DNA of 64,000 nt from a virus. The stretch spans positions 1 through 64,000 of the IMG/VR virus record IMGVR_UViG_3300042090_000199, one strand, 5' to 3'. The stretch's first letter is position 1. Each line of letters begins with the position of its first letter. Shown here piece after piece: positions 45,183-54,417 of the stretch. The notes beneath the pieces are model-generated. The model searched no databases. It saw only the letters and a program-made list of their open reading frames with translations, and was not told where the DNA came from. The position numbers and the translations under genes were made by a program.

Positions 45183-48100
45183 GGGGCCACCGCCAATGCC
45201 AACGCCATGTCGCGCATCTGCTGCGCCTTCATCTCCGTAGTCGGGTACTGCGTACCGAAGTACTGGAAGTATTGATGAACTGGCTGCTTACTACCCTGAG
45301 CTGTCGGCCTGATATCAACCCCGCCGCCCGGACGTGCGCTAGCAATCTCGGTCCCCGACTCGCCTACGTAGCCCCACCGTCCCGGAGGAAGGAAGCCGCC
45401 TGCAGCATATCCATGTCCCGAGCCGATACCTGCGCCACTAGCGTTCTGCAGTGTAGGTCCATAGACATGTGCAGCATAATTAAGCGCAGCTGCAACGTTC
45501 GCCAACGGGTCATAGATGTTCATGCTCGTACCCGGAACATGGTACGCCAAAAACGTCGCCATGATCGTCTGCATCAGTCCGCGTGAAGGGTCACCCTCCT
45601 GTGCATTAATGTCCGTCAGGTTGATCGCGTTCGGATTACCTCCGGACTCAGTCTGCATCTGGAACAGTACCTTGTTCTCCAATGCTGATGCCAAATGCAG
45701 CATAGCCAAAGCCTGCAGAACAATAGGTGCCCACTGTGTAACACCTGAGCCAAGATTCATGGTCGCCGCAGCTGCGGCCACCTTCGCCGCCATGTCCGCA
45801 ATCATCTTCTGGGCTGAGCTACCCTCTGTACTCTGGCCAGCCTGGGTCATAGCAGTACCCATGAAGTCCTGTCCCACACCTGACAGAACACCGTAAGGCC
45901 CGACTAGGCCGCCAGTCGCAAATCCTGGCAGCTTACCCTTCAAGTGGTCAACGCTACCTGACGCCACCATGTCTGCCGGAACGACTAGTTCCCCAGGCAT
46001 CAACACGCCGAGCACACTGTCCCTGCCTGGCGTACCGCCCTTGATGAGACCGCCCGCGGCGTGAAACTCGAGGTATCCAGTAGCTGCATTCTTGATGTTC
46101 TGCTCTGCAAACGTGATCGTGCCTGTGCCGGAACCGACAACTGTAATCGGCAGGTTCTTGCCGTGCATGCTGTTGATCTCATTCTGCAACCCTGGCAGGT
46201 ACGTCTTCCACAGGTCATCTGCTTGAGTTTTCGTCAGACCTAGACCCTGCTCCGCATAATTCTCGAATGCCCGCTGCGCTGCTGGCAGATTATTGTTCGC
46301 CTGAATCGTCAGCTGGGTCATAACGTCGATCGCAGCTTGACGGAAGTCCTTATTACTCGTCGTGCCCTTTTCGATGTCCGTCGTGAAGGTGTTCCAGGCC
46401 TGCTGTCCACCTTGCGCCTGCCAAATAGCTACAGCCTGCATGCTCTTTAGGGACGCATTCAGCGCATCAGTAAGTCCTCCAGCCTTGACTGTTGACTGTC
46501 CGATAATCCCATTCATATTGGACAGCGATGTTGCATTCGTCCCAACCCATTGGTTCAAGGTCTTAAGTGAGACCGTACCAGGACCTAGGGCGTTGTTAAT
46601 CAGGTCGACCATCGTAGAACGAGCCGCAGTATTGCTGCCAGCATACTGCAGCATCTGCTCCGTCATCGTAGCGGTAACCTTAGTCAGGTCCCCTTGCGAA
46701 ATACTCTGTGACATGAGCGCGCTGACCACGTTCTGAGCTGCACTAATCTGTCCGTAGAAAGCTTGGTTCAGTGTATAGCTCGCCTGCGACGTGCCAGCTA
46801 TGGCGGCACCTGCCGTGGACACGCTAGATTTCAATCCATCGAACGTATGGCTAGTCGATCCCGTCGCCTGCTCTGCGGCGCTCAAGTTAGTCGTCATCGA
46901 TGCCATGTTCAGCTCAAAGGTATCGAATGTAGACTGGCCTCCCGTGATCACATTCATCAAGTCGGTTTCCGCACCGGTAATCTTCTTGATCGCAGGGACC
47001 GTTTCCTGCATATACAGGTTCGTCAACGCATTCTGAGCAGCCGCGGCCTGCCCACCCTGATATCCAGCTAGCTGCTCGGTAGCTGTTGTCAAAGCCTTAA
47101 TCTGTGTGACCTGATTCGCGAACGCAGCGGCGCTCTCAGTGGCGATCGCGCCAGCCTTAACGCCCATCGCGTTCAGGTCGGACAACGAGGCGGTCTGACT
47201 ACCAGTAATCTGGTCCAGTGTAGCCATCCGCGAAGTCAAAGTTTGCTGCTGATCACCGAACGCCTTAACATTCGACGTTAGGCCTTGCCATGCAGGGTTC
47301 AGCTCCGTCACTGTCGACGTAAGTCCATGCATCCCCGAAGTCGTTACCTTGATATATTCAGGCGTTTGAGACAGCTGATCATTGGTCTGCTTAATACCTT
47401 GTGCCAAGATAGTCTGAGCCTGTACAAACGTAGTCGCCGCATTAAGCTGCTGCTCCACAGAATTGTAAGCGTCCTGCGCAGCTGTCTTAACACTACTTAG
47501 CCATACACCTAGCGCGACGAGCGCGCCTATCGCGACAGCTGCCCAGACAAAGGGATTAACGGCTCCCAACGCAGCCATGATGCCCTCTAGCGCAGCGCTA
47601 GCCGCGGCTGCTATACCCTCCGCACCGGCCACAGCTATCAGCGACGACACATACAGTGCGACAGCCCCAGCGGCATTCATGGCCCAGCCGCCTACGGCTA
47701 GCAGCGGCCCTTGCAAGGACATAATCGCAGTCACTGCGAGCCCGCCCCACAGGACTGCACCGTGGAACCACAAACCGATGTTCAAGAGTCCTTGCACAAT
47801 CGAGTTGCCAGTAATAGCCTCGAGCGCCCCAGTTACGTCCTGTAGAGCTCCGAACAACATCTGTGCATAGCCTGGCAACGTGTGCAGGATATTACCGAAG
47901 ATACCAAATACGTTCCCGATGATATTACCGAGTGTTTGTAGGTCCTGAACTCCCTTACCGACGAGCCCGTCTAGCCCATTGCCTCCGAGGGCGTTCTCTA
48001 TACGCGCCCCAAGATTATCCATGACGCGGCCTGCACCGGTAGCCAATGTAGTGAACACACTAGCGTGGTTGTTAATAATACCCAAGGCCTCGCCAAACAG

Positions 48101-48850
48101 TACATAGACCTGAGGCTTCACTGAGTCAGTGAAGTTCTGCAGGCTACTAGTCACGCCTGGAAAGGTAGTACCCAGAGCTGTCGTGATCGTGAGGAACGCT
48201 TGCTCCGAGTGTACGATGTCGTTAACCGTCGAGCTGGCAGCTATCCCGAACGCCGTCAAGGCAATCAGTGCCGGAACAACTTCGGCAGTGACTTCCAGGA
48301 TGGCGTCCAGTAGTAGGTGCCATACCGCGACAGAGTTAACAAACGGCACACCGCTAAGTAGACCGCCGAACAGTGGAATCTTTGCGCCAAGTGCTGTTAG
48401 TGCTCCGCCAAACCCGAGAGCTGCACCAGTTAGGCCCCAGAAACCTGTGCCGCCTCCGCCTGTCGTACCCGGAGTCCCAGTAGCTGCATCAGCCGCTACT
48501 CTAATCGCGGTCAGGTCTGCCAGCGCAGCGCTAACCCCAGACACCTTCAAGTCGATACCGGTTAGTGTCTGAAGTCCTGCTAGCTTCGCCCGAATTTCAG
48601 CTATCGAAGCATCCAGCTCGGTTTGATTGATCCCACCGATCGACAGCGCCTTAACCTGCAGCGCCATGAGCTTAGTTGAGATCTCCAGAAGCGCTGCGTC
48701 GACCGCCTTCTGATCAATACCCGCCTTAATTGACAAGTCTTTAACCGCGGCTAGCTTCGCCTCAATCGAAGCAATGCCTTTATCCAACGCAGCGGCGTCT
48801 ACGTCGACTTCAAGGTATCCCTGCCCTACCTTGAACCCTCCTGCGGCCAT
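45179..48850 (-). CDS. Tape measure protein with C-terminal lytic transglycosylase domain
   Basis: 1223 aa, Ala/Gly-rich; TESGGNPNAIN..SRGLMQ; VGESGTE. Confidence 0.92.
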   Translation of the reverse strand: MAAGGFKVGQGYLEVDVDAAALDKGIASIEAKLAAVKDLSIKAGIDQKAVDAALLEISTKLMALQVKALSIGGINQTELDASIAEIRAKLAGLQTLTGIDLKVSGVSAALADLTAIRVAADAATGTPGTTGGGGTGFWGLTGAALGFGGALTALGAKIPLFGGLLSGVPFVNSVAVWHLLLDAILEVTAEVVPALIALTAFGIAASSTVNDIVHSEQAFLTITTALGTTFPGVTSSLQNFTDSVKPQVYVLFGEALGIINNHASVFTTLATGAGRVMDNLGARIENALGGNGLDGLVGKGVQDLQTLGNIIGNVFGIFGNILHTLPGYAQMLFGALQDVTGALEAITGNSIVQGLLNIGLWFHGAVLWGGLAVTAIMSLQGPLLAVGGWAMNAAGAVALYVSSLIAVAGAEGIAAAASAALEGIMAALGAVNPFVWAAVAIGALVALGVWLSSVKTAAQDAYNSVEQQLNAATTFVQAQTILAQGIKQTNDQLSQTPEYIKVTTSGMHGLTSTVTELNPAWQGLTSNVKAFGDQQQTLTSRMATLDQITGSQTASLSDLNAMGVKAGAIATESAAAFANQVTQIKALTTATEQLAGYQGGQAAAAQNALTNLYMQETVPAIKKITGAETDLMNVITGGQSTFDTFELNMASMTTNLSAAEQATGSTSHTFDGLKSSVSTAGAAIAGTSQASYTLNQAFYGQISAAQNVVSALMSQSISQGDLTKVTATMTEQMLQYAGSNTAARSTMVDLINNALGPGTVSLKTLNQWVGTNATSLSNMNGIIGQSTVKAGGLTDALNASLKSMQAVAIWQAQGGQQAWNTFTTDIEKGTTSNKDFRQAAIDVMTQLTIQANNNLPAAQRAFENYAEQGLGLTKTQADDLWKTYLPGLQNEINSMHGKNLPITVVGSGTGTITFAEQNIKNAATGYLEFHAAGGLIKGGTPGRDSVLGVLMPGELVVPADMVASGSVDHLKGKLPGFATGGLVGPYGVLSGVGQDFMGTAMTQAGQSTEGSSAQKMIADMAAKVAAAAATMNLGSGVTQWAPIVLQALAMLHLASALENKVLFQMQTESGGNPNAINLTDINAQEGDPSRGLMQTIMATFLAYHVPGTSMNIYDPLANVAAALNYAAHVYGPTLQNASGAGIGSGHGYAAGGFLPPGRWGYVGESGTEIASARPGGGVDIRPTAQGSKQPVHQYFQYFGTQYPTTEMKAQQMRDMALALAVAP

Positions 48851-48853
48851 AAG

Positions 48854-49300
48854 CTACTCCGTCGGTATCGCGATCTCAAAGATAGGCGCAAGCTCGCCAA
48901 ACATCGGCATAGGTGGACCTGCCTGGAGTAGCTCATCGAGCGTTGCGGCTCGATCTTCATGCTTCACTGTAGGCATGGGCACCTGGCTCTCTCGGACGTC
49001 CTCTACTTCGTCATACACATAACGCGGCGGTAGTCCTTCAGTTGCTTGACGCTCGATCTGCTTTCGTTCTTCCTCCTGTATGTCTTCCAACCAGCCCTCG
49101 AGGTCTACCTTAGCAGCCCCTGAATACGCTGGCAGTCGGTACGCCAAGCGGAAAAATGTCGGTCCATCTAGCTCGTAGATGTCCTCGACACGATGCAGCA
49201 CGCTCATGTCGCTGCATACGCTGTCGAGGCAATCCACGATCCATACTATCTGCGCCGTCCTGATCGCCCAGGCAGGCGGTTCTGCTGATTCCCTTTTGGG
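48854..49300 (-). CDS. Tail assembly chaperone, -1 frameshift extension
   Basis: -1 frame is open from the slippery site into VDCLDSV... Confidence 0.8.
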   Translation of the reverse strand, partial: PKRESAEPPAWAIRTAQIVWIVDCLDSVCSDMSVLHRVEDIYELDGPTFFRLAYRLPAYSGAAKVDLEGWLEDIQEEERKQIERQATEGLPPRYVYDEVEDVRESQVPMPTVKHEDRAATLDELLQAGPPMPMFGELAPIFEIAIPTE

Positions 49301-49656
49301 CGCTCGGTCTTACCTGTTGCGATCCGAAGCGCTGCCGCGAGGATGAAGTCATATTGCGGCTGTGTTAGGGCTTCATAATTCAGAAGAGCCTCGTAGCCTT
49401 CCTCGCTGAGCATGTTGTTCAGCAAGTAGTACGCCGCCTGACCTTCACCCTCTTCCTTCAGGATCTTCAAGTAGCGCAGCCCGACGGTCGGCGACGGGTT
49501 CTTCGGTACCTTGAACGCCCTATCGTCTAGCTCGAAGAGCGTAATGTACTCGATCTCCTCGCCTTCGTCCTTGGACGAGAGCTTCAGGATATCGAGATCG
49601 CCTGGAACGATATCGATCGTTCCAGACTCGTCGGGCTGCCTTCTGGTGTCCGCCAT
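49246..49656 (-). CDS. Tail assembly chaperone
   Basis: Between major tail and tape measure genes. Confidence 0.85.
   Translation of the reverse strand: MADTRRQPDESGTIDIVPGDLDILKLSSKDEGEEIEYITLFELDDRAFKVPKNPSPTVGLRYLKILKEEGEGQAAYYLLNNMLSEEGYEALLNYEALTQPQYDFILAAALRIATGKTERPKGNQQNRLPGRSGRRR
49294..49300 (-). other. Programmed -1 frameshift heptamer C CCA AAA
   Basis: XXXYYYZ in the frame of the upstream chaperone; the shift joins the two ORFs. Confidence 0.8.
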
Positions 49657-49669
49657 AGCAGTTCCTTCC

Positions 49670-50302
49670 TTATGCCGTCTGGTCGTAGATCACGAACGGT
49701 GAGATCGCAGCGCTCACGTAGAACGCTGTGAACGTGCACGCCCACACCGATTGAGTTGCCAGGTCGTACTTCGCCGTCGCCTTGACGTCGTTGAGGACCT
49801 TGCGTACGATGAAGCGCCGCCGCGCAACCGCACCGCTACCCAGGTTCGGTGCCCAGCCATCGATGAGCAACGCGCTATACGTTGGCTGGGTGATCGTCGG
49901 CGTGTTTGTCCCAGGAGCAGCAACCGCACCTCCTGGGTCGAGAGTGTTGATACCAGAGCCGACGGTTAGAATCGGCGACTGGTTCATTGCTTCCTGCAGG
50001 TTGGCCAGCGTCGCCTCGAGTAGCGACACCGTCACCGTGATTGCTCGTCCCGTGAGTCGAGCGCCGATCGGGTCGACAGACTGGTCTGCCTTGATCTGGC
50101 CGTACGTGTACGCCGCCTCCCACTGGACGCCGCCCATCGTGCCGCCGAAGTCGGTGTACCCTGCACCGCCAGCCGAGACCGGGTCTGTCTTGATCGACGT
50201 GTTAGTCACCGGAGGCTCAGTTACCGCCCCGAAGGTGCCCCAGTAGATCGTCGCAGGTCCCTGAACGACGTTACCAGGAGTGACGCCTACGTATCCTGTC
50301 AT
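49670..50302 (-). CDS. Major tail protein
   Basis: NVVQGPA, GGTMGGV, LLEATLANL; synteny; strong codon bias. Confidence 0.85.
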   Translation of the reverse strand: MTGYVGVTPGNVVQGPATIYWGTFGAVTEPPVTNTSIKTDPVSAGGAGYTDFGGTMGGVQWEAAYTYGQIKADQSVDPIGARLTGRAITVTVSLLEATLANLQEAMNQSPILTVGSGINTLDPGGAVAAPGTNTPTITQPTYSALLIDGWAPNLGSGAVARRRFIVRKVLNDVKATAKYDLATQSVWACTFTAFYVSAAISPFVIYDQTA

Positions 50303-50317
50303 GTTGTCTCACACCTC

Positions 50318-50701
50318 CTAGTAAACGCCGCCGGACTGGATAACAACGACACCCGACACGTTCGCCGGAGTACCGAAGTTGATCTGAACGGTGTTGGTAC
50401 CTGCGTTCGCGTCCACCGTATAGAATGGGCCGAGCAGGTACACGTGAGCTGGAGTCGCCTCCGTGAAGGCGATCGCAGGAATGCTCACACCCAGGATCTG
50501 AGCGCCTGGAGTGATAGTAGCTGCAGGGTCGCCTGTGACTGTCTTACAGAACACGAGCGTGAGCCCTGGAATGTTGGGAAACGTGATACCGGTGTTAGCA
50601 CCAAGTGTCGCGTATGTCATCGCGGTCGTGTCGAGCACGCCGTTTCCTACCAGCTGCTGGAACCCTGGCGAAACGCCGGGCCCGAGCGCGAGAACTGTCA
50701 T
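50318..50701 (-). CDS. Putative virion protein, paralogue of 62383..62775
   Basis: Shared motifs (see findings). Confidence 0.7.
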   Translation of the reverse strand: MTVLALGPGVSPGFQQLVGNGVLDTTAMTYATLGANTGITFPNIPGLTLVFCKTVTGDPAATITPGAQILGVSIPAIAFTEATPAHVYLLGPFYTVDANAGTNTVQINFGTPANVSGVVVIQSGGVY

Positions 50702-50949
50702 CCCCGCCTCCTACGGGTCGCTGCGGCCTTACGACCGACTGCTTTCGCCTTAGCCGTTCCGGCTCGACGATGTGACGCTCCACCAAAGTTCTTGGCGAAG
50801 TTTGCCTGACGGACTGTAGACGCGGGATACGTTCCCTTCTTAGCTGACAGAACCTTACGAGCGTAAGCCTGATTACTCATCCCAGCAGCCTTCGACTTCT
50901 TAGAGAAAGCTCCAGGATGCTTGATAGTGATCTTCATCTTCCCAGCCAC
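50698..50949 (-). CDS. Small very basic protein
   Basis: IKHPGAF...RQANFAKN; K/R-rich. Confidence 0.75.
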   Translation of the reverse strand: MAGKMKITIKHPGAFSKKSKAAGMSNQAYARKVLSAKKGTYPASTVRQANFAKNFGGASHRRAGTAKAKAVGRKAAATRRRRG

Positions 50950-50981
50950 GGTTCCTCCTCCCGAAACCAGTCCGCCATATC

Positions 50982-51479
50982 TTACTGAACCACAAGTCCT
51001 ACTTCACGCCAAGAAAACGCCATGTCCATCGAGTATGCTGCCCAGTTACGCGCGTCGCTATATATTCTCCTCGCTTCCGTATGAACCTCTGCATGTATAA
51101 CACATGCAGGCGCGTAAGCCTTTCCCCCGAAATCAATCGTCAGAGCACGTCCGAAGACACCTGGGAGCTTACTCATTGAAGCAAGCCAGATCTGCTGCAG
51201 CAGGTTGTTAGCTGCGTACCAAGGTGGCTTATTCGATCCAGGCTTAGTCGCGTAAGCCTTAACCTCAATTAGAGGCTGTGCAATCGGCATACCTACCATA
51301 GGAGTTCCTCCTACAGCGGTTACCGTAATAAAGTTAGAGATCCCGTCTAGGTTCAGAGGCCACTGCTGTTCAGCAGGAGGCTGAGTAGACACCATACCAG
51401 GATTGAAGACACCAAACTGACCCGGAATACTGCCGATCCAGGCCATAGCAACCAGTTCGCTATTGGGGTGAAGAGCCAT
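50982..51479 (-). CDS. Tail terminator-like protein
   Basis: Start MALHPNSELVA; synteny. Confidence 0.7.
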   Translation of the reverse strand: MALHPNSELVAMAWIGSIPGQFGVFNPGMVSTQPPAEQQWPLNLDGISNFITVTAVGGTPMVGMPIAQPLIEVKAYATKPGSNKPPWYAANNLLQQIWLASMSKLPGVFGRALTIDFGGKAYAPACVIHAEVHTEARRIYSDARNWAAYSMDMAFSWREVGLVVQ

Positions 51480-51913
51480 AAGCCACCCCTCTTTCTCCGC
51501 TGTTGCGAAGCACGGAGCTGGATCCACTGATCGAGAGTAGTCGGACGACCAAAGTGTTGAATACCAGGAGCTACCAACGGAGTAGTGCCCTCAGGGTCCT
51601 CTGGCGTCCTATACTTGTACAACGCAGGTCTCAAGAACGGCTCTTCAGGAACTATTTCAGGACCGACAGTATGAGTAAAGCGATGGAAGACACGGTGACC
51701 GAATTCTACATCCAACGTGTAAGCAGCCGTAGAGTAGATAATCAGTGTCAGGTTGTCTACGTAGTACTCAATTCCCGCTGCGAGTGCCCCCGTACGCTTA
51801 GGTGCATATCGTATCGCGTCTGCTGTGATCAAAGGCCCAAGAGTCACGTCGAGAAATTCTTCGACGTCAGCCTCTATATGCCCGATCGCATCGGGATCGA
51901 TATAAACACGCAC
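51353..51913 (-). CDS. HK97 gp10-like neck/tail-completion protein (would end at 51479 if TTA terminates)
   Basis: APKRTGAL, Y..DVEFG, PFLRPAL; 42-codon run-on into next gene starts at TTA. Confidence 0.75.
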   Translation of the reverse strand: MRVYIDPDAIGHIEADVEEFLDVTLGPLITADAIRYAPKRTGALAAGIEYYVDNLTLIIYSTAAYTLDVEFGHRVFHRFTHTVGPEIVPEEPFLRPALYKYRTPEDPEGTTPLVAPGIQHFGRPTTLDQWIQLRASQQRRKRGGLWLFTPIANWLLWPGSAVFRVSLVSSILVWCLLSLLLNSSGL

Positions 51914-51992
51914 TCGCCACGTCCCTCTACGTCAGTGGCACGACAAAGTTCCTAGGCGTCTACCGCCCTGCAGATTTCGTCGCTCTATTCTA

Positions 51993-52022
51993 ATAATAAC
52001 ACACAACACACTAGGAAAGCTA
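51993..52022 (-). promoter_or_regulatory. Phage promoter TAGCTT-N18-TATTAT for the tail genes
   Basis: Same geometry on the minus strand in an AT-rich gap. Confidence 0.65.
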
Positions 52023-52059
52023 GGGTAAGTCACTAAAATACTTAACGATACTAGTAAAA

Positions 52060-52392
52060 TTACAATTCCCTCCAGGTGTTCCCTTCATCGAGATAGCCAT
52101 GCCAGTAGAAAGGCGAACTACCGCAGCCTATTGATGCACGGATCTCAAGAGAGCCATCTATGCACTCACGAAACGTCCAAGGAGGTTCGTACACACCATG
52201 GAGCCCGCTATGCTCATCAGGACGATCGAACTTGTCGACACCCTTATGTGTTGGGAGCAGAAACCATACGACACGATCTTCATGGCCTCCACTTATGATC
52301 GGATGCGGGCCAGTATAGTCACCGGCCCGCTCCAGATCATCAAGCGTCGGGACTCTACGAGCTGGAGTCAGGTTCACGGATCCGGTATCCAT
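52060..52392 (-). CDS. Hypothetical protein, DUF6527-like
   Basis: WTF..GSLEIRASI..WHGYL..G.W. Confidence 0.55.
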   Translation of the reverse strand: MDTGSVNLTPARRVPTLDDLERAGDYTGPHPIISGGHEDRVVWFLLPTHKGVDKFDRPDEHSGLHGVYEPPWTFRECIDGSLEIRASIGCGSSPFYWHGYLDEGNTWREL

Positions 52393-52537
52393 CTCGCCTG
52401 AAACCAGGGTTCTTTGGATCAGGGCAGTGCCCATCCATATGGTGTAGAGTAGCTCCTTCCAGGCTTTCGTACCACGGAAGTATGAACCAGTCGAAGAACC
52501 AGTCGACTAGGAGAACGAACTTGCTCTTGTTATACAT
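52355..52537 (-). CDS. Small hypothetical protein
   Basis: Fills the gap. Confidence 0.55.
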   Translation of the reverse strand: MYNKSKFVLLVDWFFDWFILPWYESLEGATLHHMDGHCPDPKNPGFRRDGYRIREPDSSS

Positions 52538-52538
52538 G

Positions 52539-53387
52539 TCACACGATCATCTGCTTGTAGTCGACGTAGTTCCCGAGTAGGCCCAGAGTGGACGCATGAA
52601 TCAGATAATCGCCGTCTAGACCGAAGCTCGGGCTCCAGGAGTTCCGGACCTTGATGATCGTCTTCTGCAGGTCGATAGCACCGGTAGCCTTGGCCTGTGC
52701 CAGCTGGACGATACCTCGCTCGCAGGTTTCGTGACCGCCTGCCACACCTGACTCGATTGCCGCTTGAAGAGCGTCTACCGAACCGTCGCCATCGACGAAG
52801 CCATCTGAGTCGGGCTGCATCCAGGACTTGAACCATGGAGCGCCCTGAATGACCGTACCTGTCTGGAGAGCGAGCAGCGCTCCCTGAACATTGTGCGGAA
52901 CGTTGTAGTCCTTGACAAGCCCGCTAGCTACCGCGAACTCGCAGCAGTACGACCCTGTCGAACCGCAGTCTGCAGGAGGCCACTCCTGAGACTGGTCTTG
53001 AGTCTGATCGGTATCCAGGTGGTAGAACACGATAGCCCACTGCTCGTTAGCTGCGGGCGAGTTAGGCGACATACGCCAGATCTTGCCACCGAAACCGATC
53101 TCGAGCGACTCGAGATCCTTGCCTGCTGTAACCGACAGCTGAGCGATATGCGCCGTCGAAGCATTCGCAGTACAGGACCCAAGCGCGTCTACCGTAGGCG
53201 CTCCAGGAACCAAAGTCGACGTATCGATCGACTGTGCGAGTAGGTCCTCCTGGTCAAGAACCGGAATCGGGATATCCCAGTTGACTTCCTTGAGAGACTC
53301 CGTCGAGTGAAACAGAGCTCTCGGGAGCAGATGCTTCTCATCGATGCTGTACTGACCGAACTTGGTCCGTGTCGCGCCTGCGTACAT
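52539..53387 (-). CDS. Papain-like (C1) cysteine peptidase
   Basis: LDQ..GSCTANA, GGHE, VRNSWS..FG..G; start MYAGATR. Confidence 0.8.
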   Translation of the reverse strand: MYAGATRTKFGQYSIDEKHLLPRALFHSTESLKEVNWDIPIPVLDQEDLLAQSIDTSTLVPGAPTVDALGSCTANASTAHIAQLSVTAGKDLESLEIGFGGKIWRMSPNSPAANEQWAIVFYHLDTDQTQDQSQEWPPADCGSTGSYCCEFAVASGLVKDYNVPHNVQGALLALQTGTVIQGAPWFKSWMQPDSDGFVDGDGSVDALQAAIESGVAGGHETCERGIVQLAQAKATGAIDLQKTIIKVRNSWSPSFGLDGDYLIHASTLGLLGNYVDYKQMIV

Positions 53388-53827
53388 AAGGAGATCATGC
53401 CTTTCACGAATTCGTAAGCTGCCCAGTCTGACGCGCTGACGAGGTGAACTCCACCATGTCCGCGATGATGCCATACGCACAGCAACGTCAGGTTCTGGTC
53501 GGAATCGATCCATGCGCCGATTCCCTCTTGTGAAACACCTGGATAGAACTGTTCCAGGAGCTTGATATCGACGCCATTCTGGAGCGCGAACTCGATAACT
53601 GAGTGATGCGCTTCCAGAGGCTTCGTGAGATCGCACTCAGAGAAGTCAGGACGATACCTCTTAGCGAAGTCGCAGTCGTACGTACCTGCAGCTCTTCGTC
53701 GCCGCTTCCACTCCTCGAAATCGACGTGGTGAGGATCGTTTGCTCGAGGCTCGTGGGCTGGATAATGGACGGTGTAGTTATGGGCGACTGTCTGTACATG
53801 AGCAGGCACCTCCTGTGGAGTAGTCAC
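53189..53827 (-). CDS. HNH-like protein (would end at 53387 if TTA terminates)
   Basis: LEAHH..E, NLTLLCVWHHRG..GVH; 66-codon run-on into next gene starts at TTA. Confidence 0.7.
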   Translation of the reverse strand: MTTPQEVPAHVQTVAHNYTVHYPAHEPRANDPHHVDFEEWKRRRRAAGTYDCDFAKRYRPDFSECDLTKPLEAHHSVIEFALQNGVDIKLLEQFYPGVSQEGIGAWIDSDQNLTLLCVWHHRGHGGVHLVSASDWAAYEFVKGMISLCTQARHGPSSVSTASMRSICSRELCFTRRSLSRKSTGISRFRFLTRRTYSHSRSIRRLWFLERLR

Positions 53828-53842
53828 AGGTGGAGTCCTTTA

Positions 53843-54004
53843 CTAAGGCCTAGTCCAAGGCGACCAGCCCCATACTGTCTGGAGCGCGAGAAACGCGAGT
53901 CCTGCAGCGACGATCGCGATCAGGTGTGAGACGGACACTGTCTTGTCGATCCACGCCAGGATCGTTACGATGACGAAGAGTACGAATGCGATGAGACCGA
54001 ACAT
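53843..54004 (-). CDS. Small two-TM membrane protein
   Basis: RBS AGGAGG; two hydrophobic helices. Confidence 0.75.
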   Translation of the reverse strand: MFGLIAFVLFVIVTILAWIDKTVSVSHLIAIVAAGLAFLALQTVWGWSPWTRP

Positions 54005-54024
54005 GTCTAATCCTCCTAGAGATT

Positions 54025-54417
54025 CTATCCGCAACCAAACTCCTCGCGGATAGTTACGAAGCCCAAGTACAACTCATATTGCTGTTCCCGGGCTACATTG
54101 GTTGTAGGATTCGGTGGAGCAGTTACAGGAGTAGCCGTCAGTAGCCTCATAATCGAGCACCACTTAGCGTCATTGTCCAGTACTGCTTGATGCGCGGCTA
54201 TCTGTACATGCTGTGTTGCGTGAGCCTGCGCTATCACGAGATAGACGACAGCCCCGATAAGCCCTGCAATAACAAGGCCTTGACAGAACACTAGCCACCA
54301 GTATACCTTCATGCCCGCGCTTGCGAAGCGCTGCAAATCCGTCTTCGCTTGATAATGTTGATTTGGATCTGGGTGTTCAGGGAATGGTTCAGGAAGCGCG
54401 ATCGGTCCGTCCGGCAT
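54025..54417 (-). CDS. Single-TM membrane protein
   Basis: TM helix; WC...FGC Cys pair. Confidence 0.75.
   Translation of the reverse strand: MPDGPIALPEPFPEHPDPNQHYQAKTDLQRFASAGMKVYWWLVFCQGLVIAGLIGAVVYLVIAQAHATQHVQIAAHQAVLDNDAKWCSIMRLLTATPVTAPPNPTTNVAREQQYELYLGFVTIREEFGCG

Noticed and set aside
51353-53389. Long gene overlaps explained as random sequencing errors
   Set aside because: Both run-ons begin at the same otherwise unused codon (TTA) in the same TTATG geometry, and four more terminal TTAs exist. Error is unlikely but needs read-level confirmation.
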